From Myxococcales bacterium (lineage in GTDB: Bacteria > Desulfobacterota > Binatia > HRBIN30): a stretch of DNA of 50,161 bases. The first letter of the stretch is position 1. Every line of letters begins with the position of its first letter. The position numbers and the translations under genes were made by a program. Below, piece by piece: positions 41,915-50,161 of this stretch. Below the pieces are notes generated by a model. It saw nothing but the letters and a program-made list of their open reading frames with translations. It was not told the DNA's origin and did no database searches. The stretch spans positions 1 to 50,161 of the forward strand of contig JBBILD010000027.1 of the NCBI GenBank assembly GCA_037445065.1, in the 5' to 3' direction.

Positions 41915-42322
41915 ATGGCGTACGAGGAGGGCAAAGTCGCGGTGACGAGCGAGGCAGCGCCGCAGGCCATCGGCCCGTACTCGCAAGCGGTGCGCAGCGG
42001 TGCGTGGTTGTTCCTGAGCGGCCAGCTCGGTCTGGACCCGCAGAGTGGCCAGTTGGCCGGCTCCGACGCCGCGAGCCAGGCGCGGCAAGCTTTGCAGAAC
42101 CTGGCTGCCGTGCTCGCCGCCGCCGGCGCCAGCTTGCAACACGTGGTGCGTACCACTGTGTACCTGGTCCGCATGGAAGATTTCCCTGCCGTCAACGAGG
42201 TGTACGCCTCGTTTTTCTCCGCCCCATACCCAGCACGCTCGACCGTCGGAGTGGTGAACCTCCCGCGCGGCGCCTTGGTCGAGATTGACGCCATCGCCCA
42301 TTGCCCCTCCCGCGACGAGTAA
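41915..42322 (+). CDS. ridA: RidA family reactive-intermediate deaminase
   Basis: APQAIGPYSQA, SGQLG, PARSTV, VEIDAIA. Confidence 0.93.
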   Translation: MAYEEGKVAVTSEAAPQAIGPYSQAVRSGAWLFLSGQLGLDPQSGQLAGSDAASQARQALQNLAAVLAAAGASLQHVVRTTVYLVRMEDFPAVNEVYASFFSAPYPARSTVGVVNLPRGALVEIDAIAHCPSRDE

Positions 42323-42384
42323 CCACACCGCGGCCGCCATTGCCTGACGACTCCCCACGCCCGCACAGAGCGCCGCACGGATCC

Positions 42385-43162
42385 GTAGGGGCGGCGCTTG
42401 TCGCCACCCATAGTTCGATTCGGCAGCGCGTTCCCAGGACACCCACGTTGTTGTGGTGGCGGCCCGCGCTACCCCGGATGTTCCCAGGACGTGTTCCCTG
42501 GACACCCACGTTGCGGTGGCGACCCGCCCCACCTCGTGGGATGGTGTTCTGTGTTCCGTGTTCCGCGGACACCCACCTTGTTCCGTGGACACCCACCTTG
42601 TGATGAGAGGCCCCACCGGCCCCGGGACCACGTCCCCCTGGGGTTATAGGGGCGGCCTTGGTGGCCGCCCGTGGTTGGGTTCGGCGACGGCAAATCGCCA
42701 ATGGCGGGCTGGGCCGCATCCCGTCTCCACCCGCCACACCCATTCCGGCATTCGGTTGGATTTGGAACACGGGCAGGCACAAGGCCTGCCCCTACAACAC
42801 ATCGCACCACCCCTGCCGCCCCGGACACCGGTACCACTGCCGGTCGAATCCGTTCCGCCCCAACACAGGACACCCATCACAACCGGCACGGGATGCACGA
42901 CCGCAACATCCGGTTCCGTGGACACCCACTTTGTGATGAGGCCCCGGCCCACGGCACCGCATGCGCCGCCGCGGGTGTAGGGGCGGCCCTGGAGGCCGCC
43001 GGTGGCGTGCGTTCCGTGGATGCAAACCGTGGGTGGACACCCGTTGTAGATGGGCACAGCGCAGCACGCCGTTTTGTCGGCCCCGGCGCCGCGACGACTA
43101 CAATGCCACGGCTTTCGTGTCCGCTCTGCAGGAGACCCAAAGGCGCTCTCGAGGACACCCAT
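42385..43162. repeat. REP cluster 2 interleaved with GGACACCC(AC) motifs
   Basis: REPs at 42385-42409, 42646-42670, 42771-42795 (reverse) and 42977-43001; GGACACCC at 42437, 42500, 42567, 42587, 42868, 42920, 43035, 43153. Confidence 0.8.
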
Positions 43163-43400
43163 TGCAACACGCACCGAGCCATGTCCTCGGTGGCCGCGTT
43201 GCACGAGAAGGTCCGCAGAGGGATCAGCGTTGATGGCCGAGCCACGAAGGATCAGGGCGTGAACGTCCCCTGGGACGGCGACGCGGATTCCGCCTGGGCC
43301 AGAACAGACTCGCGATACGGTCCTCTCCTTTACTTGGGGAGAGCATCCAGCAGGAATCCAAAATCTATTGCGAGTTTATAAAACGATCGTATCCGAATAC

Positions 43401-43428
43401 TTGACAAATTCGTACCAGTGGGTGTAAT
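43401..43428 (+). promoter_or_regulatory. Putative sigma70 promoter in an AT-rich patch
   Basis: TTGACA-N16-TGTAAT, preceded by AT-rich 43360-43400. Confidence 0.55.
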
Positions 43429-43711
43429 GTATCGCCTGGCCGAGGGGCAACGAATGGATCCGGGCCGGGAGACTGGCAGAACGGGCAGGACGCCGATCGC
43501 GTCCACCGCTCGCGTTTGTGGTCGGACGGCCGCGCAGCACCGCACCCGAGATGAGGAGAAGGAGGCCAACGATGCATTCCGGATTTGGCTGAAGCGGTGG
43601 CAGAGTGCCGAGCGTTTCGGCGGAGGATGCGACCGAGGTGGAATCGAGCCCCGAAGCTCTTCGTCGCGTGCTCCGCTGCGGGGTTCCACCAGTGCAAGCA
43701 GGAGGGTCGTT

Positions 43712-44353
43712 ATGATGGACAGTTTGCGCGCGAAGGTCGTACTGGGGATGGGCCTCTTGTGGGCTACAGCCGGCACGGCGCAAGTCGAGCCGGGGCAATT
43801 TCGGTTGGGCGCTTCGCTTGCGGCGCTATCGATCGGAACGATCTCGGTGGAGAAAAAGAGCGTGGATACGCAGGAATTTGGATTGGCGCCGGGCGGAATC
43901 CTGCGTCTGGGGTATACCCTAACCGAGAGTTGGGAAGCCGGTCTCACTGCGGGGGTTGCGCACGTTGAGGTAGACTTCGGCCGTCGCGAGGAGACCGCCA
44001 CTTCGTGGCGGATTGTCCCCTACGTCGAGTACAACAAGCCGTTGAACCTCAGCAAAACTCTGCTGTTAGCTCCGGGCCTCGCACTGGGATACGCGGACTT
44101 TTCAACAGGTGAGATCGATTTCGCAGGCCTCGAACTCAGTGGGAGTTTGTGGCTGAAATACTTCTTGATGGAGCGTGCTTCGCTCGAATTCGGCATCGTC
44201 CTGACGTATTTCACCGGGGATGTGAGCGAAGACCTCCGACTGTTCGAGGGAAGAGGTGATTTGGACGCAACCGGGGTGCGAGTCGGTCCGCAAGTAGCGT
44301 TTTCCATTTGGCCTAGAAGAGGGGGGCCAAAAACCGGTATGGCCTCGGAGTAG
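43712..44353 (+). CDS. Outer-membrane beta-barrel protein (OmpA/porin-like)
   Basis: GGAGG RBS, signal peptide, about 8 amphipathic strands with aromatic ends (LRLGYTL, VPYVEYN, LWLKYFL, VAFSIW). Confidence 0.75.
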   Translation: MMDSLRAKVVLGMGLLWATAGTAQVEPGQFRLGASLAALSIGTISVEKKSVDTQEFGLAPGGILRLGYTLTESWEAGLTAGVAHVEVDFGRREETATSWRIVPYVEYNKPLNLSKTLLLAPGLALGYADFSTGEIDFAGLELSGSLWLKYFLMERASLEFGIVLTYFTGDVSEDLRLFEGRGDLDATGVRVGPQVAFSIWPRRGGPKTGMASE

Positions 44354-44606
44354 CGGAACGAGTTTTTTGCGCCGGGCGGAAAGCCCCTGCGGGAAGCTTG
44401 CTCGGTCTGAAAAACGCTTCGCGTGCTCCCCTGCTCCGTGCGTAAGCCCTCCCGAGACAGATGACCGACTCTGTCCCCGCGGATCGCTCGTCCGATTTGC
44501 GCTTGTGAGGGCTGTCCGCCCGATCGGGCCCCTCGCCCGCGAGGTTCGTTGAGCGACGCGCGGCGGCGGGAGAGCAGGCACGTCCGCCGGCATCCGGCTC
44601 AGGTGC

Positions 44607-46013
44607 CTATTGCTTTGCGCGGTATAGAACCTGGATTTCCGTGAAAGCGGCGAGACCCCAGGGGCCGTTCTCGACCCCGATCCCACTCCATTTAAATCCC
44701 CCGAAGGGCTGGTGCGGGGCGAGTTCGAGGTGGGTGTTGACCCACACCGTGCCGCACTCGAGCTGCGAGGCCACCGCCGCAGCATGCTCAGGGTCGCTCG
44801 ACCACACTGAGCCGGACAGGCCGTACATGGTCGCATTCGCGCGCTCGATCGCTTCCTTTTCGTCCTTGTACGTTAACACCGGCAGCACAGGGCCGAATTG
44901 CTCTTCGTCTACGACCCGCACGCCTTCTCGCACTTCGTGCAAGATGGTCGGTGCGAAAAAGTAGCCGGGACGCTCGAGCGGTTTGCCACCGGCGGCAGCC
45001 CGTGCGCCGTGCCGTAAAGCGTCCTCCACCAGCGACTTCACCCGCTCGAACTGAGGCTGGTTGTTGATCGGCCCGAGTTCGACACCCTCCTCGAAGCCGT
45101 CACCCACTTTGGCGCTTTGGGCACGTGCCGCGAGGCGTTCCACGATCGCGTCCCGCATCCGTTCTGGCACGTAGAGGCGCTTGATTGCGGAACACACCTG
45201 ACCGCAGTTCATAAAGGCACCCGCGAAGATTCGCTCGGCGATCGCATCGGGGTCAGCGTCGTCGAGCACGATTGCCGGGTCATTGCCGCCCAGCTCGAGC
45301 GTGACCCGTTTCAAGTCCGGCGCCGCCGAGGCTGCCACGTGCTTGCCGGCCTCGATCGAGCCCGTGAAGCTGATCTTGCGCGGCACGGGGTGTGCCGTCA
45401 TCCACTTTCCCAACTCGTCGCCGCCACTCACCACATTCAGCACCCCGGGCGGCAACACCTCCTGCAGCAGCTCGCCGAGCTTGAGCGTGGCGAGCGGGGT
45501 GAACGGTGAGGGCTTGAGGACCATGGTGTTGCCGGCACGGAGGGCGGGACCGATCTTCCACGCCGCCAGGATGAGCGGGAAGTTCCACGGCGTGATCGCG
45601 GCCACGACCCCGCTCGGGCGGCGCACCACTTCGGCGTAGCCCTTGTCATCGTCCTGCACCACCTCGCGTGGCACTTCGAGTTCGGCAAAGTACTTGAGCC
45701 ACACACCGGTGCCGATGCACTCCCCTTTGGCTTGCGGCAAGGGTTTGCCTTGCTCGCGGGTGAGGATCGGCGCCAAGGTGTCGATGTTCGCAAACACCAC
45801 TTGCGCTGCCTTCGCCAACGCCTCGCGCCGCTTCTGTTCATCTGCTCGCCAGGAACAAAACGCCTTTGCCGCGGCTTGCATCGCTTGCTCGAGTTGGCTC
45901 CGCGAACAATCGGGCGCTTCTTCCCACACTTGCGCAGTGGCAGGGTTGACAACGCCAAAGCTTCCCTCGCCTGTGCACAACTCTCCGCCGATCGACATGC
46001 GAAAGTCGCTCAT
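44607..46013 (-). CDS. Aldehyde dehydrogenase
   Basis: ITPWNFP, KPS, FTGS, LELGGND, GQVCSA, EEQFGP, PFGGFKWSG. Confidence 0.95.
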   Translation of the reverse strand: MSDFRMSIGGELCTGEGSFGVVNPATAQVWEEAPDCSRSQLEQAMQAAAKAFCSWRADEQKRREALAKAAQVVFANIDTLAPILTREQGKPLPQAKGECIGTGVWLKYFAELEVPREVVQDDDKGYAEVVRRPSGVVAAITPWNFPLILAAWKIGPALRAGNTMVLKPSPFTPLATLKLGELLQEVLPPGVLNVVSGGDELGKWMTAHPVPRKISFTGSIEAGKHVAASAAPDLKRVTLELGGNDPAIVLDDADPDAIAERIFAGAFMNCGQVCSAIKRLYVPERMRDAIVERLAARAQSAKVGDGFEEGVELGPINNQPQFERVKSLVEDALRHGARAAAGGKPLERPGYFFAPTILHEVREGVRVVDEEQFGPVLPVLTYKDEKEAIERANATMYGLSGSVWSSDPEHAAAVASQLECGTVWVNTHLELAPHQPFGGFKWSGIGVENGPWGLAAFTEIQVLYRAKQ

Positions 46014-46163
46014 CGCTGCTCCTCCGTGAAGCTCGTCACCTAGCAGCCGGGTAGGGGCGTGGGCAGGGGCGTACAGAAAGACGGCCGCGGCTTGCGCGCA
46101 GCAAGGCGGAGCCCGGGGCCTTCGGTTTCGCTGCCGGTGGCGCGTTGCAGGGCACGACTCCGT

Positions 46164-48428
46164 TCAATCGCGCGCGGAAATCCCATCTGGCGCGCGTGGA
46201 GGCACACGGGCCGGTTGCGGCAAGTCGAGCGCCGCAGTCATTTCTTTGCCCACTTGCGAGCCCGCGCGGTAAAACACCGCCGGCTGGCCCACGGGCGCTG
46301 CAACGTCGAGGTCGAGGGGTCCATCGTGCACCGTGCCCGACCACAAGTGGACCCAACGGCCAGCAGGCAAGTACACGGGCACACGCTTGGTGCCGGCTTC
46401 CGAGACCGGTGCGACCAGCAAGTCCGGCCCGATCAGAAACTCTTCGTAAGTTAGTTCCCAGGTGCGAGGATCGTCTGGGTAATGCAGGAAGAGGTGCCGG
46501 CAAACGGGCGCTCCGCTTTCGGCTGCCTCGCGGATGAGTCGCTTCCGGTATTCGTACCAAGCTGCGTGCAGGCGGGCGCAATCCCGGAAGTGGGTGAGGC
46601 TTTGCTCATCCGAATAAAACTGATGGTTGGCTTCCGGCAGGTTGCCCTCGTGCGTGCGAAACACCACTTGGAAGGCACCCAGCTCCATCCAGCGGAACAA
46701 GAGTTCTGGTGAGCGCCGGTAGCGGAGCAAAGGCACGTTGATGGTGGTGTAGCCGCCGATGTCGCCGTGTTGGAAGGCGAAGCCGGAAAGCCCGGAGGAG
46801 AGCAAGCCGACGATCGCGCTGCGCATACCGTCGTAGCGGTCCCAACTCACCAGTTGATCGCCCAGCCAAAAGAGGGTGCTAAAGCGCGGGCTCTGGGTAA
46901 AGCCGGCGCGCGTGAAAAACACAGCATCCTCACCGCGGCCGCTTGCTTCGATCGCTTCCCGGTTCAACCGAGCCCACTCCACAGGATAGAGATTGTGGAA
47001 CGCCTTGGGGTCGCCGCTTGCCAGCACCGCGTCGTAGGGCAAGCCCTCGCCAAAGTCTGCCATCCAGCCAGATGCGCCTGCCCCCAGCACGTTCTCTTGC
47101 AGCACGCCGATCATCCACCGCCGTGCCTCCGGATTGGTGAGATCGAGAAGGCCGGCGGGAAAGGTCGTGACCTGCAGCAAATAGGGCTCGCCATCGGCCC
47201 GCCGCACGAGAAAACCGCGTTCGCGCGCTTCTTGGAACAAGTTGCGGCGGTGCGGCTTTTGCCCGGACACGTCGACCAGGAAGGGGTTCACGTAGGTGAG
47301 CACGCGGATCCCCTTTGCGTCCAACTCGCTGAGTAATTCTTCCCACATCGGGTAGTGCTCGCCATCGAGTTCCCAATTCCACCACAGTTGCTTGCCGAAA
47401 GCGGTAAGGCGCCGGCCCACCCAGTCCTGCAGCCAGAAGGCGGCAATCGGTACCCCGAGTCGCTCGAGTTGGCGCCACACGCTTCGCACCCGCTCGGTGC
47501 CCCCTTGCATTCCAACCACGGCGCCGGCGTGAATCCAGTCGGGGAGCGCGCGCATGCGCCCGGCCACGGCACTGTGCTCGCGAATCAAATCCAGCGGCGT
47601 GCGGCCAGCGTAGATGTGACCGCGCACCTCGGTTGCAAACACCTCGATTTCGGCGCGTTCGGCCGCCTGCAGATCGAACGCCGCATACTCGCTGTTGTCG
47701 AGCGCAAGCGAGCGTAACCGACTGCTCACGAAGTGGGGAACCGGCGCGTACGTGGTGTGCCACGAGCCTCCCGATCCCGCCAGCAGGTCGAGCAGCCAAG
47801 TCAGGGGCTGGAGCCCGCGCCCGATGCCCTGCTCGCTGACCCACACGGGCAACTTGCGGCCGCGCACATCGAAGTAGGTGAACTGCTCACCGAAGCCGAA
47901 GAAGCGTTCTCCTGGATCGGTGGCAAAGCGCAGGAACAAGCGGTTCGCGCGCGGGTGCTCGACGCGCCCTGCAAAGCGCAGCGTGCGGTGACCGGCAGCG
48001 CGAAACGACATTTCGTAGGGCACCGCCCAGGCTTCATCACGCAGGGTGCCGCGCAGGATCAGTGCATCGGGCGATGCTTCGAGCGCCTCGACAGTCTGCA
48101 CGAAGGTACGGGCCAATAGCCGCTCGCGCACCCGGAACATGCCGTGCCGCTCGCGCACCTCTTCACGCCCCTCGGCGGCGAAAAGGAACGGCTGGCCCGG
48201 CACGCTTTCCCAGCATGTCGTTGGGGAATCCGGATGACGGATTCGCAGCGAGGCAGTGTTCCACCCCGTGCCGGCCCACTCCAGCACGAACGAGCCCACT
48301 TGGTGCGTACGGTTCTCGAAGCGCAGGGCTTGGCTCTGCAGCAGCTCGCGTGGCGCTGCGAAAGGCAGAAAGGCGGGCAACGCACGTGCCCATCGTGCAA
48401 GCGGAGCGAACCAGGAAAACAACGGCAT
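46164..48428 (-). CDS. GH31 alpha-glycosidase, YihQ (sulfoquinovosidase)-like
   Basis: GFGEQF, SEQGIGR, WLQDW, nucleophile WMADFGE, acid/base WLGDQ, DIGGY, RTHEGN. Confidence 0.9.
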   Translation of the reverse strand: MPLFSWFAPLARWARALPAFLPFAAPRELLQSQALRFENRTHQVGSFVLEWAGTGWNTASLRIRHPDSPTTCWESVPGQPFLFAAEGREEVRERHGMFRVRERLLARTFVQTVEALEASPDALILRGTLRDEAWAVPYEMSFRAAGHRTLRFAGRVEHPRANRLFLRFATDPGERFFGFGEQFTYFDVRGRKLPVWVSEQGIGRGLQPLTWLLDLLAGSGGSWHTTYAPVPHFVSSRLRSLALDNSEYAAFDLQAAERAEIEVFATEVRGHIYAGRTPLDLIREHSAVAGRMRALPDWIHAGAVVGMQGGTERVRSVWRQLERLGVPIAAFWLQDWVGRRLTAFGKQLWWNWELDGEHYPMWEELLSELDAKGIRVLTYVNPFLVDVSGQKPHRRNLFQEARERGFLVRRADGEPYLLQVTTFPAGLLDLTNPEARRWMIGVLQENVLGAGASGWMADFGEGLPYDAVLASGDPKAFHNLYPVEWARLNREAIEASGRGEDAVFFTRAGFTQSPRFSTLFWLGDQLVSWDRYDGMRSAIVGLLSSGLSGFAFQHGDIGGYTTINVPLLRYRRSPELLFRWMELGAFQVVFRTHEGNLPEANHQFYSDEQSLTHFRDCARLHAAWYEYRKRLIREAAESGAPVCRHLFLHYPDDPRTWELTYEEFLIGPDLLVAPVSEAGTKRVPVYLPAGRWVHLWSGTVHDGPLDLDVAAPVGQPAVFYRAGSQVGKEMTAALDLPQPARVPPRAPDGISARD

Positions 48429-48639
48429 GTGCAGCGGCTAGCATGAGCGCACTCAGCGAGGAAACGGACGGTGCTCCCAGAGCGGACCGTTGCTGCACCG
48501 CGGCCAGGGCTAGAGCACCCGTACGAGCACCTCCGCCTCGTCGCTCGCTACCGAGGCGAGAGGAACGGAACGATCCGCGCATTGCGCGACGGCGGCCCCA
48601 CGGCTAGCCCGTAGCGTCGAATTGGGCGAGGAGGGATAC

Positions 48640-48927
48640 ATGCCGGGGCGGGGAAAACCGAAGCGCGACATTGAAAGAGACTACCCGCCGAGGTTGTTTG
48701 TGCAAAAGCTGCGGCGCCTCGCGGATTGCATCGAGCAGGGCAAGGGATTCCGCATCCAAATTGCGGGCGAGCGAATCTCGGTGCCGCCCGCGGCGACCAT
48801 TAACATCGAGCATGAGCGCAGTGCGAGCGGCGAGGAAATCGAGTTCCAGCTCAAATGGAGCCTCGTGCCAGCCGCAGAGCAAAAGAGGAAGGCACGCAAG
48901 GGCGTTTCGCCCCGGCGCAAGCGCTGA
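48640..48927 (+). CDS. Amphi-Trp domain protein
   Basis: KLRRLADCIEQG..F.I...GERISVP...IEHER...EEIEFQLKW; GAGGAGG RBS. Confidence 0.85.
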   Translation: MPGRGKPKRDIERDYPPRLFVQKLRRLADCIEQGKGFRIQIAGERISVPPAATINIEHERSASGEEIEFQLKWSLVPAAEQKRKARKGVSPRRKR

Positions 48928-49260
48928 GGACGCGCGCTGAACGGCGCACCGGCCTCGGCCCACGCAGCAATTCGCGCAGTTGCACTCGGAGCGAGTCCGA
49001 CAGATAGCCGCTCCGCACGACGCTCTGTGGGTGCGCATCGGAGCCTTCGCGCGATTACCACGCACCTCCCCTTCTGAATGAGCTGTCGGCGTGGCCCCAG
49101 TGGGCGGCCGCCGCCCGAAGAGCGAACTGCGAGTGGCGATCTGCGCGCAGCGGATGGTATTGACTGCACGACGAAGAACCGGTTTCCTGCACACCCAACA
49201 CGCGCCTGCGCCTCGGTCCAGCGCTAAGAGGGCACCCATCACGACACCGCCCCCCGGTTT

Positions 49261-50088
49261 TGTAGGGGCGGCCCTTGTGGCCGCCCGAGGCGCGACTGGC
49301 GCGCTGTGCCGGTTGGGCAGGCGTGGAAGCCACTGCAACGACCCTGCCGACAGTTTACCAACGCCGCCGCCTCGCCGGAGCACACCGTGCTTGCTGCATC
49401 ACCACCAACAACACCGAGGGCGTTCAGCAATACGGCCATTCCAGGATACCTCTCGGTGGCCAGCAGTGCGCGGGCGGGGCATTTCGATTGCGCACCTGGC
49501 GGCACGACATCGTTTCGATCCGCGCGTTTCCTTCACCCAACTGCCGCGCAACTTCCACCCCGGGCTAAACCACTAGGTAACGCGGACAGCGTTGCTCCAA
49601 TACAGCCTGGGGTTGGCGCACACCACTAGCACTAGGAAAGGGCGAATCTCCCTTTGCACGGTTGTCCAACCCTGAAGGGGTTGCGCAAACCACGATGTGC
49701 AAGGCGCGTCTCCTGCAGCCACGCAGTCCCCACCCACGACAACGCCGAAGGCGTTGGCCAGGCGGCCAACTTCTAAATGCATAGGCGTGGTCCTTGTGCC
49801 CGCCCGCACTGCGATTCGGCGTTGGTGCCGCGATCGAGGTACGGTCAGGCACAAGGCCTGCCCCTACAACCCATGCTGGCTGCCGTGGCTGCACAGACAC
49901 CCACCGACGATGCGACGGCACGCCCTGCGCTGCAGGCGTGGACACCGACACCGGGTTCGCGACGCCCTCACAAGTACGTGTAGGGGCGGCCTTTGTGGCC
50001 GCCCGAGGTGCGACTGGCACGCTATGCCGGTTGCGCAGGCGTGGAAGCCACTGCAACGACCCTGCCGACAGCTTACCAACGCCGCCGC
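49261..50088 (+). repeat. 110-bp direct repeat (49261-49370 and 49979-50088), each starting with a REP, with an internal REP pair
   Basis: Six mismatches in 110 nt by manual alignment; further REPs at 49781-49805 (degenerate) and 49843-49867 (reverse). Confidence 0.9.
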
Positions 50089-50109
50089 GCGGGCGAGGAG
50101 CAAGAGGCA

Positions 50110-50145
50110 GCTTCAATGGGGCCGCGCTCGTAGAAGCGCGGAAAC
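50110..50145 (-). CRISPR. Single CRISPR repeat, type I-G (I-U)-like; probable end of an array continuing beyond the window
   Basis: Minus strand GTTTCCGCGCTTCTACGAGCGCGGCCCCATTGAAGC: 36 nt, GTTT start, CCGCGCT/AGCGCGG stem, ATTGAAGC end; only one copy visible. Confidence 0.72.
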
Positions 50146-50161
50146 GCGCGGAATGCTGGCG

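Noticed and set aside
42430..43162. GGACACCCAC cluster as a CRISPR array
   Set aside because: The conserved core is too short and the spacing irregular (20-281 nt); kept only as a repeat cluster.
42301..43381. Overlapping ORFs in the repeat regions (also 48930-50116)
   Set aside because: They are translations of repeats, with no RBS or domain signal.

Overview
GC-rich bacterial chromosomal window. Gene content suggests a deltaproteobacteria-like or Binatota-like organism, which is inference only. Most of it is housekeeping: tungstate ABC genes, miaA, a pheA-hisC-tyrA-aroA-cmk-rpsA-ihfB-HIT run, CCA enzyme, mfd-surA-pdxA, type I aroD, an archaeal-type cmk, rel and ridA. It also holds two AAA+/VWA chaperone pairs, a CoA transferase, an M1 aminopeptidase, MATE and CDF transporters, an aldehyde dehydrogenase, a YihQ-like GH31 and an amphi-Trp protein. 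Non-routine signals: (1) a single 36-nt type I-G (I-U)-like CRISPR repeat at the extreme right edge (50110-50145), probably the trailer end of an array outside the window; (2) a GTAG-family REP/REPIN family (about 11 copies in three clusters), a second GGACACCCAC motif cluster and a 110-bp direct repeat; (3) a 75-aa ORF hidden inside a spurious longer ORF, with a strong RBS, a sigma54-type promoter and an upstream inverted-repeat pair; (4) a fusion of a Cys/His/Asp papain-like domain to DUF4326; (5) an orphan CbbQ/NorQ plus 1056-aa NorD-like pair; (6) a broken GT-C glycosyltransferase; (7) a hairpin-rich non-coding stretch after a small HNH gene. All family assignments are from motif recognition by eye, with no database searches.
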